A stretch of DNA of 64,000 nt from Histomonas meleagridis 2922-C6/04-290x (GCA_020184695.1 JAANOX010000061.1:186001-250000), one strand, 5' to 3'; counted from the first letter of the stretch, positions 1 through 11,260 are shown. Notes: generated from the sequence alone by a model not told the origin. A program made the numbers and translations.

Positions 1-1108
1 GAGGTGGTTGATTAAAATCAATTGTATTCGTGATTGAATAAAATATATTTTTTAAATTAGAATAGATATAATATGATTGATTTTGGTGAACAGATTGAAT
101 TAATATGTTTAAAAATTGGAAAATATATGGTAACGTTATTTCTAAATTAGGATACTCTATTATAAATTTTGAGAAATTTTCACATGTATCAAAAATGTTT
201 TCTTCATTTAAAAGAGTTGGCAAAATCCGTAAGAAAATTTCAATAAGCTGAAAAGTGGTTTTAACACGTGTATCGTCATAGAAAAAGTCGGTGTCATAAT
301 TGAAAAATGCACCAAAAAGTGGCACTGAATATTCCATATGTGCTGAACATAGCTGTAATGACATCATTATTATAGCTTCTAAAAAAGTTGGGAAAGATGG
401 ACTATCAGAAACTAATGAAGAAAACGTGTCAAAAAAAAGTGTAAAAAGTTCTGCTGAAAAATCTGGATTGTTAATAACATTAGATATTTTAGGAAGTAAA
501 GGATATAAGATATCCGTGTTTTCATACCGTTGAAAAACTAGATAGTAAAGATCGAGCCAATCTTTGGATACTTCGTTTCCATTCAATGTGGAAATAATAA
601 ATGGACATAATTGGTTAAGCGTGTTTTTAAATACTCTATTGGTGTCATATTTTTGAACAAATGGTAAGTTGGCCTCTTCAAGGAGAATTTTAAAAAACAA
701 TATGATCAGATTTGGTGGAAGTGATTCAAGTGTAGACTGAATTAACTGATTGCAAAGAAGACAAATGTCACAAATTATAATAAGATACAATTTGTTTTCA
801 GGAGAATTTATTCTGTCTGGACTTTGCCTAATTTTTTCCAAAAGAAGGAGAACAATTTGTGACAAATTTTCAAAACTAAAAATACGAAAATTATAACGTA
901 TAGAATACCTTATGCATCCACCTGCAATAAAACAAATATTTGAGTCTGTTAATGATGAAATAATTTGAAGAGAGGATTGAATAGATGCTGGTGATTGTTG
1001 CCATAAGGTAATAATCTTCTCGGCTTCATGGCGTTCTTGTTCAGATGGCGAAGTTAGAAAAATTTGTATTAAAACTTGGAATTGGTCGAGAGGTATTACA
1101 GGCTCCAT
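1..1108 (-). CDS. Partial (runs off window edge) helical-repeat protein, N-terminus resembling importin-beta/karyopherin family
   Basis: Manually translated from ATG at 1108: open to position 1 with no stop (absent from ORF track because it has no stop). Starts MEPVIPLDQFQVLIQIFLTSPSEQERHEAEKIITLWQQSPASIQSSLQII, reminiscent of the IBN_N helix pattern. Family call is by recognition only. Confidence 0.6.
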   Translation of the reverse strand, partial: MEPVIPLDQFQVLIQIFLTSPSEQERHEAEKIITLWQQSPASIQSSLQIISSLTDSNICFIAGGCIRYSIRYNFRIFSFENLSQIVLLLLEKIRQSPDRINSPENKLYLIIICDICLLCNQLIQSTLESLPPNLIILFFKILLEEANLPFVQKYDTNRVFKNTLNQLCPFIISTLNGNEVSKDWLDLYYLVFQRYENTDILYPLLPKISNVINNPDFSAELFTLFFDTFSSLVSDSPSFPTFLEAIIMMSLQLCSAHMEYSVPLFGAFFNYDTDFFYDDTRVKTTFQLIEIFLRILPTLLNEENIFDTCENFSKFIIEYPNLEITLPYIFQFLNILIQSVHQNQSYYIYSNLKNIFYSITNTIDFNQPP

Positions 1109-1795
1109 CTCATATAAATTTGAGAAATTTTAAACATGACATATATATTTGAATATAAAATATATGCCAACTCAAAAACCCAAAGACTAGACCTAGTCTC
1201 TAGTTCAATTGTTGAATGCTTTAATAATAATGGAAAAAATAACTCACCAACACCTGATTCTAATTCTTGAATATTTGTGCTCGTAAGGAAATTTGAAAAT
1301 AGGTCAAATATTTTTATTTTGCTATTTTTATGTTGTTCTAATTTTTCAATTTCTTGTAAAAAAACTTAAATATATATATATAAATTATTCATTCGAACAA
1401 AAAATAATGTATAAATTATTATGCTAATCATAATGTCAATTGATAATGGATTTTTATAAAAATTATTGAATATTGTAATTGCTGATTGATAAATATTTCC
1501 TTTATTAAACCAAAAAGAATATCTTTTATTGATTTTATTTTTTCCCATTTGTATTGATTTTTTTTGGATTATTTTTTGATATTTTTCTGTACATGTTTTA
1601 AAGAATCTGATTTCATCCATTTCATTGAAATTTGGGATTGTGAAGTTTCATAGAAAATTTTGATTAAAAACAACCCACACATATGAGAGCACCCTGATTA
1701 ACTGCCAATTTCTTTTTCACAGATATAACCGTTGTATTTCGTTCTTAAAAATTCGTTTGAATACTTTATTTGTTATATAACGCGACAAAAAGAAA

Positions 1796-2101
1796 ATGAC
1801 CAACGCTGAGCTACACGCACAATCCCAGCAAAATTTTGCAGAAATAGATAGAAGAATTGACGCACTAGTTGATGTTTCAAGTGATCTAAAACAATCGGCA
1901 AATTCAATTGGAAAAGAATTAGAAGATCAAATTAAAATGTGTGATGAAATAAATGATAATATGGATAAAACCCAAGCAGAGGTTGACAAAGCTACTGATG
2001 CAGTCGTTAAAGTGAAAAATTCTCCCGGAAATTGGGTTGCATGGATATTGATTATTGTTTTGGTCGTTTTAATTATTATTTTATGGGTTGCTTGGAAGTA
2101 A
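1796..2101 (+). CDS. Small tail-anchored SNARE (Qc-like)
   Basis: 101 aa; heptad coiled coil (LKQSANSIGKELEDQIKMCDEINDNMDKT) followed by a C-terminal hydrophobic TM helix. Confidence 0.85.
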   Translation: MTNAELHAQSQQNFAEIDRRIDALVDVSSDLKQSANSIGKELEDQIKMCDEINDNMDKTQAEVDKATDAVVKVKNSPGNWVAWILIIVLVVLIIILWVAWK

Positions 2102-2806
2102 ATGGGAATCTTACTCATAAACAAAAGATATTTTACTAAATAATCGAAATGACAAATCTACAATTAATAATTTTAAAAGATATTTGATCAATTATATAAT
2201 ATTTTAATTTTTGTAAAATATTAAAAATAATAAATCAATGTGTTAATATGATTAAAATGGTTTAGAGTTCTTAAGAAGCTTTTTCAGTATAATATATCCA
2301 TTATTAATAATAATAATCTATTATGTATACATATTTTTTATAAGCATTAATATTATTCATGCATATTTAAAGAAAGTAAAATTTATCATCTTATCTTTTA
2401 ATAACAAAAGCATTATCATTAGGAACAGAAATACATTGTATGCAATGATTAGAGTTTATAATATTAGAAAATAATTTTGTTTTTAGACTTTAATTATTAA
2501 CATGCAATGTAAAAAAAATTAAAAAATTAATATCAATCAAAAGAAAATTTTTTTTTTTTTTTAAAACACCAAATGTAAAATAATTACTTTTATAATTTTT
2601 ATCATTTCTTATATAAAGAAAAATATTTTTGAAAAAATTAGTAAAAGCTAGAAAAAGTTTCTTAATGATTACTTTAATTTGAAAAATTTAATACCATCTA
2701 TTATTAATGACCTTTGTATTATTTATATATGCTTTTTTCTGAGTTTTATGCCATTTTTGGTTTATCTTTTGAAAAAAAAAAGTTTTTTGGGTAGTACTTA
2801 AATTAT

Positions 2807-4612
2807 ATGCATGTTGCTTTCATCCTGGGATTTTATTATCAATGTATTCATAATCATTACCAGGATGAAGCACTCAGAAAATGTTTCCCAACGAAATTAT
2901 TAAATAATACTTTTAACGAAAACCAATTTTCAACAAAAAACAGAAAACCAATTAGAATCAAATTGGAATATATATTTTTAAATGAAACATCCAATAATAA
3001 AAAGTTTGTTCTTAGACAAACTTTTAGAAATGTAAAAAAATTTCTTTCTTCGATCATAAATGTAACAACATATCAAAAAACTATAACAGCAAAAGAAGAA
3101 TATAAAGCGCTAAAGAAAAATTATCCAAATAATTTTACTAATTATGATTTAGTCATCACTGTACTATGCAATTATTTTCCAAAATCAAATAAAAATAGAA
3201 AAGATGAAAGTTTGCTTGCAAAGGCTCATAGTTTTGAGTTAAATCAAAACAAAAATGATTTAAATAGACCTATTCAAGGTGAAATCTCTATTAATATAAA
3301 TACAATACCTGATTATCCACAAGGAGAGAATAGTCTAATTCGTTATTATTTTGGAACTCTTTTACATGAAACAATGCATATTTTAGGGTTTTCACATTCA
3401 TTATATTATAAATGGATAAACAAGGAAAAAGGTATTCCTTATGAAAATCCAATTACAATATATCACAATAAAAAATATGGAATTACTCAACAATTTATTT
3501 CAACACCTAAATTAACAAAATGGGTCAATCAAAGATTTCAAGTTTATGATCCTATATTATCTAAACTTGGATTAGAACTTGAAGATGGTGGAGGTGAGGG
3601 GACATCATCTTCACATCCAAACTCACGTTTGTATTTCACTGATGTTATGCAAGGTAAATCACATTTAATAAATTATTTTAGTGGAATTATGTTTAATTTA
3701 CTTGAAGATACAGGTTGGTATACTGTAAATTTTACAAAAGAAGAGGAATTAATTTATATGAATAATAAATATAATAAATATATATCACAAAATGTTATGG
3801 TTAATCCACCAAGAATTTCCTTTCCAAAAGATTATTTATGTGACAGTGATAAATCATATTGTTTTTATGATTATTCTTCGAAAGCATCTTGTACACTAAA
3901 AAAAGTTAATGAATTAAGTGAAGAAGAAGGTTGGAAAGATAACATGAAAAATATTAAATGGTATTATGATCAAAATCAAAAATTTTTAGGTGTTGATGAG
4001 TTACGTGATTTCGCTCCAGTTTTAGCACCTACTGACCATTGTAAAGATGAAAATGTTTCATTTAAAAAATCATTTGAAACATTTGGAGAATCAAGTGTAT
4101 GTGCAATGTCTACATTTTATGGTAATTTTAAAGAGTTCTTTTATGACATTTCTCCTTCTTGTTTTAAAGCAAGATGTGGAACAGATGGAAATTTAAGATT
4201 AATCTTTGAAAATGATGTTGAATATCTTTGCACTAGAAAAAATAAGAAAATATACCAAAAAGGTAGAATTGGTTATGCCTTATGTCCTGACCCTAAAATA
4301 GCATGTGCAAATCTAAATAAAACAAAGATGATTAATATTCATCATGTAATTCCTGATCGTGGTTCTATACATGGAAATAATTATATAACAATTATTGGAG
4401 AAAAATTAAACACATATAAAAATTTAAAAATATTATTAGGAAAATATATAAAAATTGAAATAGTCGATATCCAAAAAAACTTTATTTTAGCAAAAATTCC
4501 TGCATTACTAAATGATAAAAATGTTAAAAAATTGATTCCATATAATCTTCATGTTACTGCTGATAATGAACCAGATACTACTATCGAATCATTTTATACA
4601 TTTGTGGATTAA
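2807..4612 (+). CDS. GP63/leishmanolysin-like metalloprotease (M8) with C-terminal IPT/TIG-like domain
   Basis: HETMHILGF zinc motif, ELEDGGGEGTSSSHP, Met-turn DVMQG, Cys-rich C-half; tail IHHVIPDRGSIHGNNYITIIGE resembles an IPT/TIG start. Confidence 0.88.
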   Translation: MHVAFILGFYYQCIHNHYQDEALRKCFPTKLLNNTFNENQFSTKNRKPIRIKLEYIFLNETSNNKKFVLRQTFRNVKKFLSSIINVTTYQKTITAKEEYKALKKNYPNNFTNYDLVITVLCNYFPKSNKNRKDESLLAKAHSFELNQNKNDLNRPIQGEISININTIPDYPQGENSLIRYYFGTLLHETMHILGFSHSLYYKWINKEKGIPYENPITIYHNKKYGITQQFISTPKLTKWVNQRFQVYDPILSKLGLELEDGGGEGTSSSHPNSRLYFTDVMQGKSHLINYFSGIMFNLLEDTGWYTVNFTKEEELIYMNNKYNKYISQNVMVNPPRISFPKDYLCDSDKSYCFYDYSSKASCTLKKVNELSEEEGWKDNMKNIKWYYDQNQKFLGVDELRDFAPVLAPTDHCKDENVSFKKSFETFGESSVCAMSTFYGNFKEFFYDISPSCFKARCGTDGNLRLIFENDVEYLCTRKNKKIYQKGRIGYALCPDPKIACANLNKTKMINIHHVIPDRGSIHGNNYITIIGEKLNTYKNLKILLGKYIKIEIVDIQKNFILAKIPALLNDKNVKKLIPYNLHVTADNEPDTTIESFYTFVD

Positions 4613-4823
4613 TGTGAAAAAAATACATTTGAGTTTATAATTTGAATAAATAAATTTAAAAAATAACTATTACTATGGCCTAATAATTTGTTTTTTGAAG
4701 TTTTTAAATAAATATTAACAATGATATTGAGATACTTATTTTTTCTTTTAAAAGATCTCTCACACCAATCACCGAAGCTTTGAAATTTAGTAATTTGGAT
4801 TAAATTATAATTAATTAACAGCG

Positions 4824-4905
4824 CCGCTCTTAGCTCAGTGGTAGAGCATTTGACTGTAGAAAAGTAGTCATCAAAGGGTCGCCGGTTCGATTCCAGCAGC
4901 GCGGA
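4824..4905 (+). tRNA. tRNA-Tyr(GTA) with 10-nt intron (4860-4869)
   Basis: TAGCTCAGTGGTAGAGC D-arm, anticodon stem TTTGA/TCAAA with GTA, intron after position 37, GGTTCGATTCC T-loop, C1:G72 and A73 identity elements, T-run downstream. One mismatch each in acceptor and T stems. Confidence 0.88.
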
Positions 4906-4992
4906 ATGGATTTTTTATTTTTTTCACCTGAGCAACTTAGAGAGGGGAAAAGCGCACCATTGGATAGAGCTCCCGGAGAGGAGCAGAACCAT

Positions 4993-5436
4993 ATGAGTTC
5001 CGACGATCATTGGAGAATCTCGGAACATATCAGATTATCTCTCCGAGATAAACATTTAGGCTCGAAACTATGCACAACACGAAAATCAAGACCAAAAATA
5101 GAGCCTAATAATGCTAAATTTATCAAGAAGAACCCGTTTTTTAAGTCCGGCCATCCTGAATCAGATGCAGAAGAAAGTTCGACGGAGAACATCACAAGCA
5201 ACACAGAATCAATATACACCAGCCCAGAGCCATTCAGAGAAAGTTTGAGCCCATATGACGAACGAAATTCCGAAATCAGATTTCGATTAGATGCAGAAGA
5301 AAGTTCAACGAAGTACACCGCAAGCAACACAGAATCGACATACACCAGTCCAGAACCTTTCAGAGAGAATATGGGACCAAATGAAGAACAAAATCTCGAA
5401 ATCAGATTTCGATCAGATCAAACACCAAGTTACCAA
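4993..5436 (+). pseudogene. GC-richer coding fragment with a 42-aa tandem repeat, cut off by the palindromic element
   Basis: Two 126-nt repeats (DAEESSTENITSNTESIYTSPEPFRE / DAEESSTKYTASNTESTYTSPEPFRE) with synonymous-type divergence; frame runs straight into the (AC)10 tract at 5437. Confidence 0.5.
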
Positions 5437-5660
5437 ACACACACACACACACACACAGCGCTATGTGAGCTTCGTGCTACGCACTCGCTCCCACTCGCGC
5501 TACATAAACTAAAGGATGAACGGTGTAAACGCGATTGATTTTCATAAATCGGTTGGTTTTGATTGAAAGTAATAAAATATATTTAAATTCATGATGACAT
5601 TTATATTTAAAATGTGTGAGGCATTAATCCGGCTGAGTTGTTGTTAATCCTATGTGGTAA
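5437..5660 (+). repeat. Left terminal inverted repeat, begins (AC)10-AGCGCTATGTGAGC
   Basis: Reverse complement of 25950-26169; the ~65 nt after the AC tract are identical, the remainder has scattered differences. Confidence 0.95.
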
Positions 5661-6067
5661 GTTGTGTTTGGAGCTTAAAATATTTCTAATGCTACTTAAC
5701 AACCTAACCTAACCTAACTTAACCTATCATTAAAAATTCGAGAAAGCCTTTTCGTAAAAGTCCATATATTTTAGAGGTTGAAGTCTAGCTTGATGACTTG
5801 ACGTGAATTTTACATGTTTACTGGAGCTGCTAACTATAAGTTCACGGAAGAATTGCTGTTATTTCTCTGTGGAAATGAGGGTTTTGATGTTAATCCTATG
5901 TAGATTTTAGTGTTTGGAGCTTAAAGTTTTATATGCTACTTAACAACCTAACCTAACTTAACTTAACCTATCATTAAAAATTCGAGAAAGCCTTTTCGTA
6001 AAATTCCATATATTTTTGAGGTTGAAGTCTAGCTTGATGACTTGACGTGAATTTTACATGTTTACTG
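5643..6067 (+). repeat. Subterminal direct duplication (period ~246 nt) containing CCTAA/CTTAA runs
   Basis: GTTAATCCTATGT...CATGTTTACTG block occurs at 5643-5823 and 5889-6067. Confidence 0.85.
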
Positions 6068-6135
6068 CTTCTGATGATGATTAATTGACGGGAAAGGCTT
6101 GTTTCTATGTTGAATGTTGTATTTAGTGCTGTTTC

Positions 6136-7352
6136 TTGCATTTCGAAAGCGTTATTAAACACAGTGAAGAAAAATTAAAACTATTCGACAAAGAAGCAAT
6201 TGAAACTTACGTTAATGAAAATTTTGATGATTCATATGATGTTTTAGATCATAAAATCGAAAAGAAATTGAAACAATACGACGCTATTATCGGAAAATAT
6301 GAATTAGATAAAGATGATTTAGAAGATATTGAAAATTTAAAGAATATGCAAAAGAACCTTCCCGAAATAATTGAAGATAGATTAATTAATAAATATTACC
6401 GGGAGAATCACATTTACAAAGAAATGGAACAAGAACTTCAAGAACAAATTGTCGTTTACGACCGCTTAGCTCACCAACAAAAATTCACGTTGGTTGAATG
6501 GAAAGAAAAATGTTTACAGAGAGAGCAAGAAGAAGAAAGGAAAAGATTGATTGAATATTTATCTATACCACATTCAAACAAAGATGTGATAAGAAATCTT
6601 AATGAATTTGTTCATGAATGCGTCAATAAGAATTATACGGAATTGTTGGATGAATACTATGACATGTATAAAAATGCTTTTGATGAAATTAGTCGGAATA
6701 AATATGAAAAAACTATACGAAATGTATTTGACACTAAGTCATCACAAAAAGTAATCAAAGCGTTTACCGAACACAATCAAACTTTAATTAATAGATTACA
6801 ATTTCTAATCGCAAAAATACAATTTAATGAAACAGAAGAGTATTTAACAATTGAACAATATTTAAAGAAATCATTTGAAAAATTCATTTCTGATCATTTT
6901 ATGACCATTTATAATTTTATGAAAAACTCCATCGGTTCAATAGCTAAAAGTTCAGTAACATTTGAAAATTCAACTGCAATAAAAGTTTATGCTCAATCAA
7001 TCGTAAGAGATATAAATCAAATTTTAATTAGAGACTTACCGGAAGTATTAGAAAGTAGATTTTCCGATTATATTCAAACGTTAATGGAGAAATTTAGGTA
7101 TTAATACAGAAGAGAAAACAAGAAAGTAAAAAAACAAAAGTTCAGAGTATTGAATTAAGTTTTGATTCATTTCTTAATTCAGTTCCTGACGGAGAATTAG
7201 AGATTGGTGAACTATGCGATATGTATAATAATTACTTTGGATCAAATTTAACAACAAGAAGCTTTTCATTATTGAAAGTTGTTAAAGAACATTTTAATAA
7301 AAGATCAACCGTTAGAAACAAAAAGAAAACCACATACTATGCAAAATGCTGA
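6136..7352 (+). CDS. Element-specific helical protein (322-aa ORF) plus a frameshifted or separate ~70-aa downstream segment
   Basis: ORF 6136-7104 lacks a clear ATG; a downstream frame reads KVQSIELSFDSFLNSVPDGELEIGELCDMYNNYFGSNLTTRSFSLLKVVKEHF...YYAKC*. No family recognised. Confidence 0.55.
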
Positions 7353-7362
7353 ATTTCATAAA

Positions 7363-7950
7363 GTTTTAAAATAATGATATATCATTAATTCCTTTGTCGA
7401 ATGTTGTAACAAACGCTGATAAATTGAACGAACGTAAACTTGTTTTAATAAATGTTTTATCATTAATCCTTTGTCGAATATAAGCAAGCAAACGCATAAA
7501 TCTACATCTGATGTTAATGTTTTTCATTGAATCCTTCGTCGAATGTTGCAATAGAGCTGAAAAATTGAACGAACGTAAACTTGCTTTAAAATAATGATAT
7601 ATCATTAATTCCTTTGTCGAATGTTGTAACAAATGCTGATAAATTGAACGAACGTAAACTTGTTTTAAAATAATGATATATCATAAATTCCTTTGTCGAT
7701 ATAAGCATAAACGCCTTAAATCAACATAGTCATTAATGTTTTTCATTGAATCCTTTGTCGAACTTTGCAAAAACACTGATAAATTGAACGAACGTAACTT
7801 GTTTCGTTCGTATTGAATCGTAAGTGATTTGCAAATTTTGAGCGTTTGATGCTTAAAAATTGTTGTTTTAAAATAATGATTATTCATAAACTCCTTTGTC
7901 GAACTTTGCAAAAACACTGATAAATTCAACGAACGTAAACTTGTTTTAGT
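7363..7950. repeat. Modular ~65-70-nt repeat array (TTCCTTTGTCGAA / AAATTGAACGAACGTAAAC); mirror at ~23390-23775
   Basis: Recurring blocks visible at least 6 times. Confidence 0.85.
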
Positions 7951-8260
7951 TCACGTGAGTCGTTAATGGTTGTGTCGATTTTAGATTTTTTTTTAAATAA
8001 TGAGGTAGCAAAGTAACCGGTAATTTTTATATTAACAGTATAGTGTCGGAGACCTCCGACATCCGACATGAATTTTGATTTGTGACTTGTTACTGTTACC
8101 AGCACATTTTACAGAATTCTGTTTATAAGAATAAATTAACAGAAGAAACAACAGACAAAAACAACTAGATGAAAGAATAACAGAAGAAACAAGAATATAA
8201 TACTTATAAATGTACTGTTAAATGAAGGTATCAAATGCTGTTAATTTTGTTACCGCTATT

Positions 8261-8510
8261 GTTACCATCACCTTTAACAGTAATTATAAGAAAACAATGA
8301 CTCATTCAAATCAAAAACAGCAAAGAAAACTCCGATTCACAAAATTGACTTTGAAAATTGTTACCATCACCTTTAACAGTAATTATAAGAAAACAATGAC
8401 TCATTCAAATCAAAAACAGCAAAGAAAACTCCGACTCACACATAATTGACTTTGAAAATTGTTACCATCACCTTTAACAGTAATTATAAGAAAACAATGA
8501 CTCATTATTT
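8261..8510. repeat. ~100-nt tandem repeat x2.5; mirror at ~22830-23075
   Basis: GTTACCATCACC starts at 8261, 8360 and 8461. Confidence 0.9.
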
Positions 8511-8559
8511 AGAATCATTAACTTTTATCATTAAATTCAAAAAATAATTACAATATAAT

Positions 8560-10812
8560 TTATCTCTTAACATCAAACTCTCCATTAAATTCTTCATTAA
8601 ATTCTTCGTCGATTTTCTTTCTATAAAATACACGTGTATTTCTTCCAAATATTTTATACTGCATTTTATAAATTTCTTTTTCCATCAGCTCTCTTTCAAA
8701 TGATTTCTTACTTAGTTTAAAACGATCGTATTTTGAGTACTGAACGTATAACCGGTTCATTTCTGATACTGTTATATATTCTATTTCTTCGTCATGATAT
8801 ATTGCATTCTTCCAACATTCTTGAATATCATCAAGGAAATCTTCAAGTGGCGATTCTTTAATGCCTCTAAGTTGATTTTGAACAATCGACGAGTCGTAAC
8901 GGTCAAATAAATTTCTTTTCACAAAATCATTTAGATCTAAAGACATTAAATAATTATATAAAGATAATGGAAAATTAATATCGTCAATAACATCTTTATC
9001 CTTAACAAATTCAGATTCAAAAATACTTCTTTCTTTAAATCTTATTATACAAAATCTTGACAGCAAGGCTTGATCTCCTGAATTCAACATACCGTATAAA
9101 TCCGCGTGATTTGTGTTTAATACGTCGATGGCAAAATCATTTTCTTGGCGTGTATCACGATTCATCGATCGCACCGTTTGTGAGTTATTAGTCAATCGTT
9201 TGATGATATTATTAGTTGTTTTATTTGAATAATTATCAGTTGAAAACTCATCATAAGAACGATAAAGCTTTTTGGCAAAACCACCGTTGTGCTTCTCACT
9301 TAGTTGTAGTTCATTTATTCCGACTAAGGCAAAATCTCGATAAAGTTTTTTGAATGAATTGTCGATATATGTTTTTCCAGAATTTCCGGTTGAAGAATAT
9401 TTAATAAAGAATACTGGAGCTTTTTTACGAAACTTTAAAGTAAAAGCTGCTATTTTAAGTAGATGATGAAAAGCTTTTATTGCTTCATCATCAAAAAGTT
9501 GATCTTCAATTAATTGAATCCATTTACTAATAAGATCAGGTTTATCTTCTATTGAGGTATAACTCATTGTGATTGAGGGAGCTCTAAAGAGAGAGAAAAT
9601 TTTGTCATCATCTCCAATAACTTCAAACCTCACAAAACTTTTGAATCTATCTCTATTCTTAACGTTTCGTAATTCTTTAAACAAAGATATAGTTTTTGTG
9701 TCTGAAATCTTTTTTTATGCCTTTTTTCGCATCAGTTCTTTTTCTTCGTTTGTTGTTGGCAGTGTGATGTCAAAATTGAAATAATTCTGAAGTGATTTTT
9801 GAATCTAAAATTTGAAAATCAATTTTTTTCCATCATTGAAAACTTTCATTATATAATCTCCCCAAATCAGTGAACGCCAAACATTTTTATAAGGTTATTT
9901 ATATAGTCGTCAACTGTTGAAAAAAACTAATCATTTCTTTCAAATAATCAGAAAAAAACAGTATTTAGAATTTAAAAAAACTCATCTATTTTTAGCATTA
10001 ACTGTTAAATCAGCTGATTCACAATTTTTCATAAACGCATCGTTTATTAAATCGCGATTGATTGTTTCACTTTCAAAAGAATTAAAACCGCAAATTACAG
10101 GAAGCAGAGAAATTTCTTGATCTACTGATTTATTGCAGTCGTTGTGGATTTCAAGATTTTTAAAACCATTAACTAAAGCATTAAATAATTTTAATTCATT
10201 CTCTGGATTTCTTTCTTCTGTTTCTTCTTCAAATAATTCTTCATTAAAATTTAATTCTTCATTAAAATTCAATTCTTCATTAAAAACAGTAACTTTTTCG
10301 TTTTGTTTCTCAATCAAACTTTCAAAATCAATTCCAATCTCATCAAAAAGTATATTTTTTAAATCATCAAAAGTCATTAATTCATCATTATTGCAATCGT
10401 TTATTAATATATACTCACCAATAACTCCATCGTGATTCTTTGCTTTACTTCCCGGTAATACTACTATCGATCGTTTCTCTCTATCTATCGGAACGAATAA
10501 ATCAACATCGAACAATTCACAACTGAAGCATTTAATAAATCTATTCTTATTTAAAGACATCGATTGATCCCAAAAACTATAAATATGAATTCCTCCTGAC
10601 GCAGTTTTTACAATTTTACACTTATTAAAAGCTTTAGAATTAAAAGATTTCAAAACTTCTTCTTGTTCACATTTAACGTCTATATCAACAATCGCGTACG
10701 GCGATAAATTAGCAAGTAAAGCTTCTCCGGTTCTTTTTCCGATCTTTACTCCATCGTGTTTTTCATAATTACGCAAAGTTATTTTATCACCAATGAATGT
10801 ATCGTTATTCAT
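8560..10812 (-). pseudogene. Damaged copy of the primase-helicase
   Basis: Mirror of 20420-22780; split into ORFs 9982-10950 and 8560-9684 by a ~140-nt deletion near 9990 and homopolymer indels. Confidence 0.9.
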
Positions 10813-10974
10813 ATTCTTTTTAATGCTGCTAAAAAAAGTAATTACAACATTAAAACTAAGCTTAATTACAAAACATATTTTTAATATTTTTACGACTAAT
10901 AAATGGAAACCATTAATGATATTAATAACACAGAAGATAACAAAAAACATAGATTAAAAAAACACATCTTGCAT

Positions 10975-11260
10975 TAACGTTATCATCAGCTTTATCATCA
11001 TCAGCTTTATCATTCAACGAAAGCATTAATTAAAGAACTCTCGACACATCATTTTTGTTCTTATCATTCAACGAAAAGCATTAATTAAAGAACTCTCGAC
11101 ATATACATAAACGTTATCATTCAACGAAAAGCATTAATTAAAGAACTCTCGACACATCATTTTTGTTCTTATCATTCAACGAAAAGCATTAATTAAAGAA
11201 CTCTCGACACATCATTTTTGTTCTTATCATTCAGCTTTATCATCAGCTTTACATCAACGC
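10975..11260. repeat. ~55-nt tandem repeats upstream of the primase unit; mirror at ~19795-20030
   Basis: TTATCATTCAACGAAAAGCATTAATTAAAGAACTCTCGACA x4. Confidence 0.9.

Noticed and set aside
300-533. Short track ORFs antisense to or overlapping real genes (e.g. 300-533, 36885-37103, 46023-46398, 61395-63116)
   Set aside because: Shadow ORFs of longer, motif-bearing genes.
1366-1620. 84-aa minus-strand ORF
   Set aside because: AT-rich and low-complexity with no recognisable motif; cannot be supported.
5701-5724. CCTAA runs as telomeric repeats
   Set aside because: Only 3-4 imperfect units, internal, and absent from the right end; the organism's telomere motif is unknown to me.
7366-8449. 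ORFs 7366-7632, 7681-7929, 8222-8449, 23236-23772, 24452-24694 and 24823-25107
   Set aside because: Translations of tandem-repeat or low-complexity DNA with no protein-like features.
7363-8510. CRISPR-like appearance of repeat arrays (also 14780-15030 and the ankyrin 170-nt period)
   Set aside because: The repeats are contiguous tandem or modular units without unique spacers, there are no cas genes, and the context is eukaryotic.
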